Assembly: GCA_028286615.1 (NCBI GenBank)
Contig: JAQBRG010000003.1
Location: 83,330 to 147,329 of the forward strand
DNA: 64,000 nucleotides
Direction of reading: 5' to 3'
Source of the DNA: Parcubacteria group bacterium
GTDB lineage: Bacteria > Patescibacteriota > Minisyncoccia > Phycocordibacterales > Phycocordibacteraceae
Position numbers and translations under genes: made by a program. Positions 1 to 10,603 of the stretch are shown here, piece after piece. The notes under the pieces are model-generated. The model did no database searches and was not told the origin of the DNA. It saw only the letters and a list, made by a program, of their open reading frames with translations. Each line of letters opens with the position of its first letter. Position 1 is the first letter of the stretch.

Positions 1-1
1 T

Positions 2-2209
2 ACCGCCTTCTGGATACTTAATCCGTGTAATGAGATCCGTAAGAGAGGTTGCGTTAGTATCGGCCGAGAATGTGTAGCTGCTGTCTTGGCGCATTGCCTT
101 CAGGAAGTCCATCACGCCATCTGAATCGATGTCCTCTATAAAGACTCCCTGGTCTGTTCCTCCGTTATTAAAAGCGTATGGAATCGTGTAGTCGGTTGTT
201 GTCGCAAAACCCGTACCTGTGTTCAACCAGACACCCGTACCGCCTGCCTCTCCAGTCCGTGACTGCACAAAGTCAACCATGCCGTCAGCGTTAATATCCA
301 TGAAGCGCACACCCAGATCGTCTCCATAAATGCGGGATATAGAGGCGGGTAGAACCCACGAAGTTTCTTCTGCCCAGCCCGTACCATCTCCCTTATTTAG
401 ATACACATGCCTATTGATGGTACCGTACTGGTCAGTGTAGGAAATAACTATATCAATAAGACCATCACTATTGATGTCTACGAGTCTCGTGGCATTTGTA
501 CCGTCAGCAAAGATTACTGGAATTGTATAATTTGTATCTTGAGTCCAGCCTGTTCCGTCTCCATTATTCAAATAGACCCTTTTAATAATTGTGCCGCCAT
601 CGTTATGAGACCGAAGCAGATCTGCATTGCCGTCTCCATTTACATCTCCGAAGCGCGTTCCCACATCACTTGAATTGCTGAATGGTTCAGGAATTGTAGA
701 GCTAGCCTGCAGGATCCATCCACCCATTTTATTATTTAAATATGTAGTGTTAGCAGACCCGGATGATGGATTCGAGTACGAGTGCAGCAGATCGGGATAC
801 TGATCTCCGTTTATATCGACAAACCGAACCCCCTCATCCGAACCATTGTTGCGTACAAAGATCTCAGGAATCGTCAGGGTACTGCTCGCAGTCCAACCAG
901 TTCCGTCGTGATTATTTAGATATACGGCTCTAGATTGGGTGCCGAAATCATCATAGGACTTCAGTAGGTCGACATACCCATCGTTATTAATATCTACAGG
1001 ACGCATACCTCGATCTCCTCCGTTCCAACTGAATATTTCAGGTATGGAGTAAGTACTACTTGCAACAAAAGCCCGAGTAGAAGTGGCGTATGTAAACTCG
1101 ATTGCCGGAAGTGTAGTGGTCGCACTAGACTCATCCGTTCCAGACTCAGTGACACTTTGAAGTAGTTTCTTTGCTCCATCATCGCCATTCGTGTAGCTCA
1201 GAGCATACGTGTGCACAGGAATGCCTCCCACTTTTGCTTGTATCTGACTTATATAGTATTTCGATGTGACGGGAAAACCGCTTGTGGTAGATGTGGCGAC
1301 ATCCGTGCGTGTAGAGCGTGTAAACTCAAGCGAGAGGTCACCGTCCGTGCTGCCGTTCCCTGTGTAACTAATACTTGCGGGGTAGATTTGGCCACTGTCT
1401 TTATAATAGGAATACTTAACGTAGTTGTCGTTTGCATCCCGAACCTCTTCAAGCATCCACTTATACACTTGAGCTGTGCTGGTCGCGTTATCCTGACGCG
1501 TTGAAGTCGCATACCCATACTTATAGGTCTTTCCTGCTTTATCCGTCGCTAACCACTGATTATTTGAGAACTCGTACTTTATAAAGTCACCGTTGTCTGC
1601 CTTCGCATAATAAGTTGTGCTCGCGGTTGATGTTGCAAGGTCTCCGGATAAAGAGGAGTAGAAATAATTACCTGAATACATATCCTCTACTCCTGTCTTG
1701 TTCGTGCGTTGAATGTACGGAATATCGATACTCCAACCCTGACCAAAGGTATTGGTTACCGAAGTATCTTGACTCGAGTATGTAAGAGTGTGCTTCGGCT
1801 CCATACCATTGCGTCCGGGAGGAGCAGTAATCTCATATCGGTAGACCAATGCCCCAGACGACCTGTCCGCTTCTGGGAGCTTTGCCTTCTCGATGGGTTC
1901 GTTCGCAATATACCCAGCCACTCCTGGAAGAAGAGCAGATTCCATCACTGGCGGATCAATTCCTTTTCCGTCTATAGTTTCTGGATTTACTTCTTTACCA
2001 GAATCCAGTGTCTCTGAGAAGTTGTTTTCCGTGCTACCTAAATCAGGGTTTGGCATTCCGAACACTTCTGTACCCGGGTTTATATCTGTGCCTTGCTCTG
2101 TAGGATCAGGAGTGTCAACCCTTTCCTCAGCTTGTACCACAGTACCAAAAGGAGAAAGAATAAAAGAAAAAAGAAGCGCCAAAGACACCGCTTTCTTAAG
2201 GAGTAGCAT
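2..2209 (-). CDS. Large secreted SpvB/TcB-like (Tc toxin B / Rhs-associated) protein with FG-GAP-like repeats; C-terminal part runs off the window
   Basis: Not in the ORF track because there is no stop in the window. Manual translation from ATG 2209 gives a signal peptide MLLLKKAVSLALLFSFILSPFGTVVQA, an SpvB motif GALVYRYEITAPPGRNGMEPKHTLTYSS...FGQGWSIDIPYIQR, repeated DINxDG-type motifs, and LTDLITRIKYPEGG in the same frame at the window edge. Confidence 0.8.
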   Translation of the reverse strand, partial: MLLLKKAVSLALLFSFILSPFGTVVQAEERVDTPDPTEQGTDINPGTEVFGMPNPDLGSTENNFSETLDSGKEVNPETIDGKGIDPPVMESALLPGVAGYIANEPIEKAKLPEADRSSGALVYRYEITAPPGRNGMEPKHTLTYSSQDTSVTNTFGQGWSIDIPYIQRTNKTGVEDMYSGNYFYSSLSGDLATSTASTTYYAKADNGDFIKYEFSNNQWLATDKAGKTYKYGYATSTRQDNATSTAQVYKWMLEEVRDANDNYVKYSYYKDSGQIYPASISYTGNGSTDGDLSLEFTRSTRTDVATSTTSGFPVTSKYYISQIQAKVGGIPVHTYALSYTNGDDGAKKLLQSVTESGTDESSATTTLPAIEFTYATSTRAFVASSTYSIPEIFSWNGGDRGMRPVDINNDGYVDLLKSYDDFGTQSRAVYLNNHDGTGWTASSTLTIPEIFVRNNGSDEGVRFVDINGDQYPDLLHSYSNPSSGSANTTYLNNKMGGWILQASSTIPEPFSNSSDVGTRFGDVNGDGNADLLRSHNDGGTIIKRVYLNNGDGTGWTQDTNYTIPVIFADGTNATRLVDINSDGLIDIVISYTDQYGTINRHVYLNKGDGTGWAEETSWVLPASISRIYGDDLGVRFMDINADGMVDFVQSRTGEAGGTGVWLNTGTGFATTTDYTIPYAFNNGGTDQGVFIEDIDSDGVMDFLKAMRQDSSYTFSADTNATSLTDLITRIKYPEGG

Positions 2210-2441
2210 TCGTGCCGCCCATGTTGGGTGGTGTCTGTTCATTGCCCGCGTACACGATCATGGTAACCCTATCTATAAAAGTAAGTAAAGGGCATTTACG
2301 AGAACAACTTTCGTATCGTTATTATTCGACCAGACTCATTTCTTAAGAACCGCGTGGGCAAGAATGAGGACTGTCGAACCTCAGAAACACCAACAGTCAC
2401 AAGGCTTTTTGAGGGCTTTGCGGCTGTTGGCTCTTCTTATG

Positions 2442-2514
2442 TGGACCCTAGCGGATTCGAACCGCTGACATCTTCATTGCAAATGAAGCGCTCTACCAAC
2501 TGAGCTAAGGGCCC
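2442..2514 (-). tRNA. tRNA-Ala(TGC)
   Basis: GGGCCCTTAGCTCAGTTGGTAGAGCG-CTTCA TTTGCAA TGAAG-...GGTTCGAATCC...AGGGTCCA cloverleaf; no encoded CCA. Confidence 0.96.
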
Positions 2515-2583
2515 GTACGCTGTTCGTACGGAACTTATAGAATGTACCGTCTTTTAAAAAACGAGGCAAGTGGGAAAAGCGGA

Positions 2584-3558
2584 CTAGCGCTTCTTGCTAA
2601 TAGCGAGGTCTATAAGGTGCGAAAGGAACTCTGGGAAAGAAACTCCAACGGCAGCCAGAGACTTTGGAAGGAGAGATTCTCGAGTGAGGCCAGGAAGCGT
2701 ATTGGTTTCCAGATAGTACACACCCTTAGGAGAGATTATGAAATCTGAACGGGAATAATGCCTAAGACCTAGATGCTGGTGCATAGTCTTTGCAGCTTCC
2801 ATGAGGCTCTCAGACACATTCTTTGGAAAACGGCCTGGGCAGATCTCTTTAGTTGCTCCTGAATACTTAACATCGTACGAAAAGAATTCGGCATGTTCTG
2901 GAGGAACAATCTCAATAGGTGGAAGCATGTATATTGCTTCGTCTCGCATGTGTTCAACAACTCCAGCAGTTGCTTCAGTGCCTCGTATTAGTTCCTCAAC
3001 AAGGACACCTCCTGCACCTTCTTCTATAAGATTCGATATTGCTTGATACACGGGCAAGTATCCACCAACAATAGAAATACCCACAGACGATCCCCAACGT
3101 ATGGGCTTAACAACAACAGGTTGAGGAAAGGTGCGAATAATCTCTCGGGCAGCTATGTCCGCATCCATTCCTGGTTCAACCAAATAATACCTGGGGGTTA
3201 GAAGACCGGCTTCTCGTGCCTTCTCCTTAGCAAGCACTTTATGCATTGCGAGGTATGAACCAAAGGAATCTGAGCCCGTGAAAGGAACTCCATGACGCTC
3301 GAGAAGCTTCTGTACTTCCCCATCCTCTCCGTACTCTCCATGCAGTCCCACAACAACCACGTCAACAGAGCGAAGAATCGCCGATGGTTCTATCTTGCGT
3401 CCTCGTTCGTGCCAAGCTCCTTCCTTGTCTATGTAAATGTCACGAGTTGTATATCGTCCGTCTGGAAGATTGGAAAGAATGGCATGGCCGCTAGCGAGCG
3501 AGACTTCATGTTCGCGTGAAGGACCTCCTCGCAATACCCCAACAACAGTGCCGCGCAT
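2584..3558 (-). CDS. ddl: D-alanine--D-alanine ligase
   Basis: GGPSREHEVSLASG, LHGEYGEDG, GSSVG, YDVKY, ETNTLPG motifs; start trimmed to MRGTVV, 8 nt after TATACT. Confidence 0.95.
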   Translation of the reverse strand: MRGTVVGVLRGGPSREHEVSLASGHAILSNLPDGRYTTRDIYIDKEGAWHERGRKIEPSAILRSVDVVVVGLHGEYGEDGEVQKLLERHGVPFTGSDSFGSYLAMHKVLAKEKAREAGLLTPRYYLVEPGMDADIAAREIIRTFPQPVVVKPIRWGSSVGISIVGGYLPVYQAISNLIEEGAGGVLVEELIRGTEATAGVVEHMRDEAIYMLPPIEIVPPEHAEFFSYDVKYSGATKEICPGRFPKNVSESLMEAAKTMHQHLGLRHYSRSDFIISPKGVYYLETNTLPGLTRESLLPKSLAAVGVSFPEFLSHLIDLAISKKR

Positions 3559-3579
3559 ATGTTGAGAGTATAGCAAAGG

Positions 3580-3613
3580 AAAAAGCTCGAAGCGTAGTAG
3601 TGCTTCGAGCTTT
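3580..3613 (-). terminator. Rho-independent terminator
   Basis: AAAGCTCGAAGC-loop-GCTTCGAGCTTT stem with U-tract on the minus strand. Confidence 0.7.
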
Positions 3614-3952
3614 GGTCCTGCATATGCAGGGATTGCCTTTGTGCGGGCAGGCTTGCCAGAGTTTGATCTGCGACTTCCCGTAATCAGTCGGTCTGGAGAT
3701 CTCTGTCAACTGAACTAGCGTGTTACCCAGTAGGCGTTTGCGAGCGGACATCCATCCGCTTGGGGCTGTGATGTAGAGTGTTGATTTTCGGCGCTTAGAG
3801 CGCGGGAATCATAACTTGAACTTGTACATGTGCGTTCCCTCTTTTGGCGAAGCGTGCGCTTTTTGTGAAGCCTGTCCCGTGAAAGCCGAATCCGTTAGAA
3901 ACGACTATGCCCATCTAAGTGAGCGCGACGGGCTGCAATGGCCATCACATCA
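3614..3952 (-). ncRNA. Candidate structured non-coding RNA (unassigned)
   Basis: TTGACA-N16-TATCCT promoter just upstream, terminator at 3580-3613, several hairpins, no convincing ORF. Confidence 0.3.
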
Positions 3953-3978
3953 ATAGGATACATGTATATTTATATTTG

Positions 3979-5241
3979 TCAAGACGTGAGCCGCATGGCC
4001 TTAGTTCTGGCTTTTCTGTGATTCTTAAGAGAGAAGCGGTGTGCTTCAGAATTGGCGAGCACCGCATCTGCATCCGTTATGCCTGCACGAAGACTTCCGA
4101 GCACTTCTCTTGGTCTGTGCTTCTCGTCTTTAACAACGGCAACAACTGGTATGCCAACTCCCACATCCTTCAAGACATCTTCTGCCGCTTTCTTATGTGT
4201 CTTCCCTCCATCAACCACAAATGCCTTAGGAAGAGGCCATTCAGGGTGTCCCAGTCTGCGAGAAAGTATTTCTTTGAGAGAAGCGATGTCGTCATTCAGA
4301 GATTTGCCACCAGATCCTCGAATACGGAACGTGCGATACTCCTTCTTGTCTGCTAAGCCGTTCTCAACAACAACCATAACTCCAATAGCATTGGTGCCTG
4401 AGATGTGTGCAGTGTCATACGCTTCAATACGTGGTCCCAACTGATCGCTTCCCCTGTCTTCCTTTATAAGAGAGACGTCTTGTATGTGGTCTAGAGCAAA
4501 AAGCTGGCGTTTGATAAGATTTGCGTCTTCGAAGCGTTCTTCTTTGGCTGCCTGCTTCATGTCTTTTGTAAGGGTGGTGCGAAGTGCCTTAACGCGTCCA
4601 GAAAGGAACAGCGTTACGTTACGTATAGAACGCATGTAGTCGCTCTTTTCCATGTTGCGTGGGTACTGCCCAATCTGTTGGTTGAACTCAACCTTTGCTT
4701 GCGTATGCTTGTTCCCTTCGCCAACCGGCTTTGGTGTATCAAAGAAAGGAAAGATGCGTCGTATGAGACGAAGTCCTTCTCGGAGCTGGTACCCGCTTGG
4801 GAAAGGACCGTGTGTTGAACTGAGCTTTACTCCCGTTCTTGGGATTACGCACTCCTTAAAATCTATTTCTCCTCCACGAACAGCAAGTACTCGAGGAATA
4901 TATTCGTCTGTTACAACCGCATACAGGAATGTCTTATCGTCCTTGCCCATGGAGTTAGCATCTGGACGATGTTCACGTATAAGAGCCGCTTCACGCACGA
5001 GTGCCTCAAGCACGGTTGGCGTTGTCTCGTGCATAACACTGTCTGCTTTTGTAACCATATCCACAATACGAGGACCGCGAGTTGCGATGAGGTCGTCATC
5101 AAAATATGAGCGCACACGGTCACGCAAGGAAGTTGCCTTCCCAATATAAAGAATCTTCTTAGACTTCCCTTTGCCTTGGGTAAAGAGATACACCCCGGGA
5201 CAATCGGGGAGATCGAGTTTTGGTAAATCCGTGCGTTGCAT
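3979..5241 (-). CDS. uvrC: Excinuclease ABC subunit C, short form (GIY-YIG, UVR, RNase H-like; no HhH tail)
   Basis: PGVYLF...LYIGKATSLRDRVRSYF, ERFEDA, RIEAYDTAH, VDGGK, EAHRF. Confidence 0.9.
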   Translation of the reverse strand: MQRTDLPKLDLPDCPGVYLFTQGKGKSKKILYIGKATSLRDRVRSYFDDDLIATRGPRIVDMVTKADSVMHETTPTVLEALVREAALIREHRPDANSMGKDDKTFLYAVVTDEYIPRVLAVRGGEIDFKECVIPRTGVKLSSTHGPFPSGYQLREGLRLIRRIFPFFDTPKPVGEGNKHTQAKVEFNQQIGQYPRNMEKSDYMRSIRNVTLFLSGRVKALRTTLTKDMKQAAKEERFEDANLIKRQLFALDHIQDVSLIKEDRGSDQLGPRIEAYDTAHISGTNAIGVMVVVENGLADKKEYRTFRIRGSGGKSLNDDIASLKEILSRRLGHPEWPLPKAFVVDGGKTHKKAAEDVLKDVGVGIPVVAVVKDEKHRPREVLGSLRAGITDADAVLANSEAHRFSLKNHRKARTKAMRLTS

Positions 5242-5309
5242 GTAAGAAGTGTGCAGTATTAGTACAAAAAAGAAAGTCCCGGTGCCAATTGGCCCCGGGA
5301 CTCGCCGTG

Positions 5310-6131
5310 TCAGGCAGATTCTGTAATAGGTATGAAAGATCTAAACCCGCTCACGTATTGTTGAAGATCGCTGCTCGACCACTTCTTGCGAGGAATGGTG
5401 TTCCATCCCAGGTTGGTTAGCGCGTCGTATGGGTTTTCTGGATTTACAAACCGCATTCGCACGAAACGTTCCGCACAAGTGCCGTCTCCCACCTCTCGCG
5501 TATATTCGATAATGCGGCAGTTGCGGATACGCGTCTGCTCGTTCTGGTTCAACATCGCTTCGCGCAGTTGTTGTGGCATCCAACGCTCAAGCACCGTGCG
5601 CCACACCCACATCGTTTCGCCATGAGTCACGGCGACGACATGATGCTGAGCACAGTCCCGATGAAGGGTTGAGTTCATGTCCCGCAGACGAGAGAAAACG
5701 TCCTGAAACGTTTCGCCGTTGGTTGGGCGCCAGAAGAAGGCGTGCTCTTTTCGAAGCTCCAACTGTTCTTTGAACTGGGCCACACGCTCGCCGTAGGGCA
5801 TTTGGTCAAACTCGCCCCAGTTACGTTCCATAAGGCGTGCGTCGATCTTCCAATCGTCACCGAAGCCAAGATTTGCAGCGGTTTCCATGGCTCGGATATA
5901 GGGAGAAACGTAAAAGCGTTGCAAGCCCGTAGTAAGGTGATTTGCTTGCAGCCACTCGCCAGCGGCTTTCGCTTGCCTGATACCGAGTGGTGTCAGCCGA
6001 CGCTCTGAAGTGTGCACCTTCATGAGCTCGTTTTCTGTAGCGAGCACCTCTCCGTGTTCGAACATGGATTTCGCGAGATTGCTCTCGGATTCACCGTGAC
6101 GCACCAGCGCCAATCTGATTGGCAGGGTCAT
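5310..6131 (-). CDS. Histidine phosphatase (phosphoglycerate mutase) family protein
   Basis: LVRHGESESN, SPYIRAMET, VTHGE; SD AAGGAG upstream of ATG 6131. Confidence 0.88.
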   Translation of the reverse strand: MTLPIRLALVRHGESESNLAKSMFEHGEVLATENELMKVHTSERRLTPLGIRQAKAAGEWLQANHLTTGLQRFYVSPYIRAMETAANLGFGDDWKIDARLMERNWGEFDQMPYGERVAQFKEQLELRKEHAFFWRPTNGETFQDVFSRLRDMNSTLHRDCAQHHVVAVTHGETMWVWRTVLERWMPQQLREAMLNQNEQTRIRNCRIIEYTREVGDGTCAERFVRMRFVNPENPYDALTNLGWNTIPRKKWSSSDLQQYVSGFRSFIPITESA

Positions 6132-6297
6132 TACAAGGTACTCCTTCTTTTTGCTGTAGGTTCTGCACACACAGTACCCTCCTAGACATAAAAAGCAAAG
6201 TCTGTTCTATTCTGCAACACAACGTACTGTAATTTACATAATCTTGACTGACTGTCTAACAAAGGTACTGTAATCCTAGGTTAACTGGAGAGACGAC

Positions 6298-6633
6298 ATG
6301 GACCTTCCAATGGGATTGCTGCTCCTTCGGAAACTGATGCAGCGGGAACACGAATTAGACATCAAGACTATTGACGACCCTAAGATGCAAGAATTTCTTT
6401 CCGGCCTCGTGGCTCTAAAGAAAGTTCGATACGACTTCGTGTTTGAATACGGAATAGCTGAGTTGGTTAATCCTAATGATGAGTTGTTCGAGGAATGTGA
6501 ACTGGGCGGTTTGCCCTGCGATTACATCAGAATCAATGTGGGTCCGCCAGCAGGAGCTCGTGCGTTTACCCTCAAGATATTCTGCAACGATCTTGATTGG
6601 ACGAGTGAGCTGAAATGGCTAGACCCCGAGTAG
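6298..6633 (+). CDS. Hypothetical protein with own promoter, RBS and terminator
   Basis: 111-aa ORF; TTGACT promoter near 6244, GGAG RBS, hairpin 6647-6679. Confidence 0.65.
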   Translation: MDLPMGLLLLRKLMQREHELDIKTIDDPKMQEFLSGLVALKKVRYDFVFEYGIAELVNPNDELFEECELGGLPCDYIRINVGPPAGARAFTLKIFCNDLDWTSELKWLDPE

Positions 6634-6756
6634 CAGACCTTAGGTCAGTGCGGTATGAGAGAAATCTTGTACCGCACTAATTTTATTTATAAATTTGACT
6701 ATCCAGACTGTTGTTATATGGTTGAACTAGTTTGAACATCAACGCTGGAGAGTGGT

Positions 6757-7188
6757 ATGGGAATTTTCAATCTGAGTGGGTCTACAAAGACCCAGAAGAT
6801 CGTTAAGGCAATGGAGCCGCTCTTTGTCGAAAGGAATGGCAGAAGAGTGTTAGGAAAAATTCGCGTCGAGACTCTATTGAAAGGAAAGAACGTCCAGTTC
6901 TCGATAACAGCCAATATGGGCAGCCATGATGGACCTGTGTTGGATCTGAAGAAAGGTGTAGACTACCCTGACGACGATCGTGCTCGAGAAACCCTGCTCG
7001 TGCTCGCGCCTTTCAGTGACGGAGCAATTGCTGAGGCTATATTTAATGGCTTCGCGTGGAATTATCTGACTTCTATGGGTCGAGGCACGGGGCCTGAAGG
7101 TGACTACTGCGAACATTCCATTGGCAATGAGAACTTCGCGAGAGAGTCGGTAGCATCAATTGCCAAGTTAGCAGATAAAATACGCTAA
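6757..7188 (+). CDS. Hypothetical protein
   Basis: 143-aa ORF with GGAGAG RBS filling the gap before the uvrA stop. Confidence 0.65.
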   Translation: MGIFNLSGSTKTQKIVKAMEPLFVERNGRRVLGKIRVETLLKGKNVQFSITANMGSHDGPVLDLKKGVDYPDDDRARETLLVLAPFSDGAIAEAIFNGFAWNYLTSMGRGTGPEGDYCEHSIGNENFARESVASIAKLADKIR

Positions 7189-7220
7189 AGTGTTTCATTA
7201 GGGACAGATTTAATCTGTCC

Positions 7221-9875
7221 CTAATCCTTTTTATTCTTCTTCGCCTTCTTAAGCATCTTCAATAGGTACTCTCCTGTATGAGATCCTGGGGTATCTGCAA
7301 CTTCTTCAGGAGTACCTTTAGCTACAATCTTTCCTCCTCCGTTTCCTCCTTCAGGACCGAAGTCTATGAGATAGTCTGAGGACTTAACCACATCCAAGTT
7401 GTGCTCGATAACAACAACCGTGTTGCCACGACGAACAAGCTCCTGAAGTATTTCAATAAGCTTTCGAACGTCTTCGTAGTGAAGTCCAACCGTAGGCTCA
7501 TCGAGAAGATAAATGGTCTTCATCGTTGTGGGACGGTAAAGCTCCGAAGCAATCTTCACGCGCTGTGCCTCTCCTCCTGAAAGGGTTGTGGCGCTCTGTC
7601 CAAGCGTTAGGTATTCAAGACCAGTAGCATTAAGACTCTGAAGGCGTTCCTGTACTGAAGGAATGTCCTCAAAGAACTTCTCAGCTTCTTCAACTGTCAT
7701 CTGGAGTACTTCGTGGATGTTCTTGCCACGGAAAGTAACCTCAAGCGTCTCTTTCATGAACCTGGTTCCGTTACATACGTCACAGGTTACATACACAGTT
7801 GGAAGGAAATGCATCTCAACAGCAATAACGCCATTTCCCTGACACGCTTCGCAGCGGCCTCCAGCAACATTGAATGAAAAGCGTCCGGGCTTCCAGCCAC
7901 GTGCACGCGCTTCGCTAGCTGACGCAAAGAGATCGCGAATGTGTGTAAATGCTCCTGTGTAGGTAGCAGGGTTAGAACGAGGAGTTCGTCCAATAGCAGA
8001 CTGGTCTATGAGTACTACGCGTCCCACGTACTCCGTACCCGTCATGCTTGCTACATGCTCAAGCTTTGTTTCGCGCTTTGCAAAGCGGGCTGCAATATTC
8101 TTGTGGAGGATGTCGTAGAGGAAGGTAGATTTTCCTGAACCAGACACGCCTGTTATGCAGACAAGCTTTCCTAGAGGAATATCAACATTCTGGTTCTTAA
8201 GGTTGTGCAGTGTTGCTCCACGCACCTTAATACTTCCCTTTTCTGCGGTACGACGTTCTTCAGGTATCTCAATCTCAGTTTCTCCACGAAGATATGAAAG
8301 TGTTAAGGAACCAGTATCGTTCTTAGGAGCTGTGAGAAGTTCTTCGAGCCATCCTTCTGCAACAATCTTTCCTCCATGAGTTCCTGCACCGGGACCAATG
8401 TCGAGAATGTAGTCTGCCGCGTAGATAGTGTCTTCGTCATGCTCAACAACAAGAATGGTGTTGCCCAGCTCTTTAAGCGTTAGGAGCGTTTTGATAAGAC
8501 GATCGTTATCTCGTTGGTGGAGTCCGATGGTTGGCTCATCAAGTACATAGAGCGCTCCTACGAGTCCCGTACCAAGCTGGGACGCAAGACGAATACGCTG
8601 AGCCTCTCCTCCTGAGAGTGTTGCTGCAGAGCGATTGAGCGTTAGATAATCCAGACCCACGTTAAGCATGAAATCGAGACGCGAGGTAATCTCGCGAATG
8701 ATAGGACGTGCAATTTCCATGCGCATCTCAGAGAGCTCGAGCGTGTCCATGAACTCCTTCGCGTTTCGAATGGAGAAGTTAGTGAAGTCCACCACGTTCA
8801 TACCAAGTGGGTGGTCTTTAGGATTCTTTTTTTGAGGAATGTACACGCGGAGTGCTTCAGGACGAAGGCGCTTTCCTTCGCAAACTGGACATGGCTCGTC
8901 TGAGAACAAAGACTTGGTACCAAGTCCGTTACAGTGCGGGCAAGCTCCATACGGACTATTGAAAGAGAAGAGGCGGGGCTCAACCTCAGGGAAAGACATG
9001 CCATCGTCCGGACATATAAACTTCGAAGAGAGGGTCTCTGATGTTCCGTCTGCGTGCTTCAACTTCACCAGTCCATCGCTTTCCTTAAGAGCTAGTTCTA
9101 GAGCCTCTGAGAGGCGCTCCCGGGCTGTATCCGGGTTCTTTGTGAACTCTGAGACGTAGATACTATCTACGATTGCATCGATGTCATGGCGCTTGTTTCG
9201 GTCGAGGGTAACCTTCTCGCGAAGGGCGTGCATGTTGCCGTCTATAAGCACTCGCTCGTATCCCTTTCCGAGAAGATCGTAGAGAAGTTGGTAGTACTCC
9301 CCTTTGCGTCCAACCACTACTGGCGCGTAGATAGTTACAGCACTCTTGTCTACAGCAACACCCATAACCTGTTCCCCATTAGCTCCTGAGCGTGCGGAGA
9401 TCTTGTCGAACACAATACGAATCATCTCTTCCTTAGAGAGTTTAGAAATGGGCACATCATGCTCGGTACAGTATGGCTGTCCTGCGCGCGCGTAGAGAAC
9501 ACGGAGATAGTCATAGATCTCTGTAACGGTAGCAACCGTTGAGCGCGGGTTATTCGAACGACTCTTCTGGTCTATAGAAATAGCGGGAGAGAGACCGGTG
9601 ATCTCATCAACATCAGGCTTTTGCATCTGGTTAAGGAACTGGCGAGCATACGCTGAGAGAGACTCAACGTAGCGACGCTGCCCTTCGGCAAAGATAGTAT
9701 CGAAAGCGAACGAAGACTTACCAGAGCCTGAAAGACCTGTAACTACGGTCATAGCACCCCGAGGAAACTCAGTAGAAATGTTCTTAAGGTTATGTGTTCG
9801 TGCACCCTTTACACGTATCCATTCCCCGCCCGTATGCTGCTCATGGTGCACTTCTGCTTTTTTTGGTTTGGCCAT
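7221..9875 (-). CDS. uvrA: Excinuclease ABC subunit A
   Basis: Two ABC modules ([26 protein letters not shown] twice), zinc fingers, PRSNPATY. Confidence 0.97.
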   Translation of the reverse strand: MAKPKKAEVHHEQHTGGEWIRVKGARTHNLKNISTEFPRGAMTVVTGLSGSGKSSFAFDTIFAEGQRRYVESLSAYARQFLNQMQKPDVDEITGLSPAISIDQKSRSNNPRSTVATVTEIYDYLRVLYARAGQPYCTEHDVPISKLSKEEMIRIVFDKISARSGANGEQVMGVAVDKSAVTIYAPVVVGRKGEYYQLLYDLLGKGYERVLIDGNMHALREKVTLDRNKRHDIDAIVDSIYVSEFTKNPDTARERLSEALELALKESDGLVKLKHADGTSETLSSKFICPDDGMSFPEVEPRLFSFNSPYGACPHCNGLGTKSLFSDEPCPVCEGKRLRPEALRVYIPQKKNPKDHPLGMNVVDFTNFSIRNAKEFMDTLELSEMRMEIARPIIREITSRLDFMLNVGLDYLTLNRSAATLSGGEAQRIRLASQLGTGLVGALYVLDEPTIGLHQRDNDRLIKTLLTLKELGNTILVVEHDEDTIYAADYILDIGPGAGTHGGKIVAEGWLEELLTAPKNDTGSLTLSYLRGETEIEIPEERRTAEKGSIKVRGATLHNLKNQNVDIPLGKLVCITGVSGSGKSTFLYDILHKNIAARFAKRETKLEHVASMTGTEYVGRVVLIDQSAIGRTPRSNPATYTGAFTHIRDLFASASEARARGWKPGRFSFNVAGGRCEACQGNGVIAVEMHFLPTVYVTCDVCNGTRFMKETLEVTFRGKNIHEVLQMTVEEAEKFFEDIPSVQERLQSLNATGLEYLTLGQSATTLSGGEAQRVKIASELYRPTTMKTIYLLDEPTVGLHYEDVRKLIEILQELVRRGNTVVVIEHNLDVVKSSDYLIDFGPEGGNGGGKIVAKGTPEEVADTPGSHTGEYLLKMLKKAKKNKKD

Positions 9876-10054
9876 TATGGAAAGGTCCCAGTCCATGGAG
9901 GGACTGGTACGTTATGAATATAGCACTTTACCCAAAGATTGTGTGAACTTGTGTGTTGTTCGATATTTAGTCTCCTGACAAGTTTAAATAAAATGAAAAG
10001 AGCCTCGCGATGTGGAAGTCGGGTGACTCTTTCCACTGCGAAGCTCAGGTAAGA

Positions 10055-10603
10055 CTATTGGCGGGTTGGCGCGTCGAGGAACAAAACGGTATTGAAGGGG
10101 ATGTTAGGGAACTCATCGAGATAAACGTCTGAGCTGGCGCCGCCGACCCTCATTCGATTAACAGTGTAGGTTTCGCCGAAGGTCAGATGGCGTAATGCAT
10201 GCTCTCTGTCGGATTCGCCTCCGTGACGCTCAAGGAGGGCAAAGACCACTCGGTCTCCCTTAGAGGCCTCGAGATTCATTGTTGGTGAACCTCGCACGTA
10301 ATGTTCAAGAAGTGCACGAATCACGTCGTTCTTTTCGTCAAAGCCCAGAAATGGACCGAAGAATTGACGCCACTGATCGATACTTGCTATAACACCGTTG
10401 ATTTCCAGAGTGTCGCTGTGCAGATTGCCAGTCTGCTCGTCGTCGAAATAGACTTCGAGTCTTTGGTCACAGCACCCGCAGCGAACCAAATGGCGCGGCA
10501 GCTGCTTACCTCTCTTGATAGGTCGCCCAGCCCGTGTGGTGACGCGAAGCGGCAACATCATGCTTCCAGGTCCACGATCCTCTATCTTCCTGACTTTGGG
10601 CAT
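10055..10603 (-). CDS. Hypothetical protein (possibly two fused small phage-like domains)
   Basis: ORF with GGGAGG RBS before MPKVRK; CGCC motif. Confidence 0.6.
   Translation of the reverse strand: MPKVRKIEDRGPGSMMLPLRVTTRAGRPIKRGKQLPRHLVRCGCCDQRLEVYFDDEQTGNLHSDTLEINGVIASIDQWRQFFGPFLGFDEKNDVIRALLEHYVRGSPTMNLEASKGDRVVFALLERHGGESDREHALRHLTFGETYTVNRMRVGGASSDVYLDEFPNIPFNTVLFLDAPTRQ

Noticed and set aside
407-2288. Short ORFs listed at the window start
   Set aside because: All overlap the long minus-strand SpvB-like frame
3600-3830. TGA read-through ORF (MYKFKL*FPRSK...) suggesting genetic code 25 or 4
   Set aside because: All long conserved genes are intact under code 11 and several end in TGA, so there is no evidence of recoding
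3614-3952. tmRNA or RNase P RNA assignment
   Set aside because: No tRNA-like ends with a T-loop and no GAGGAAAGUCC motif found
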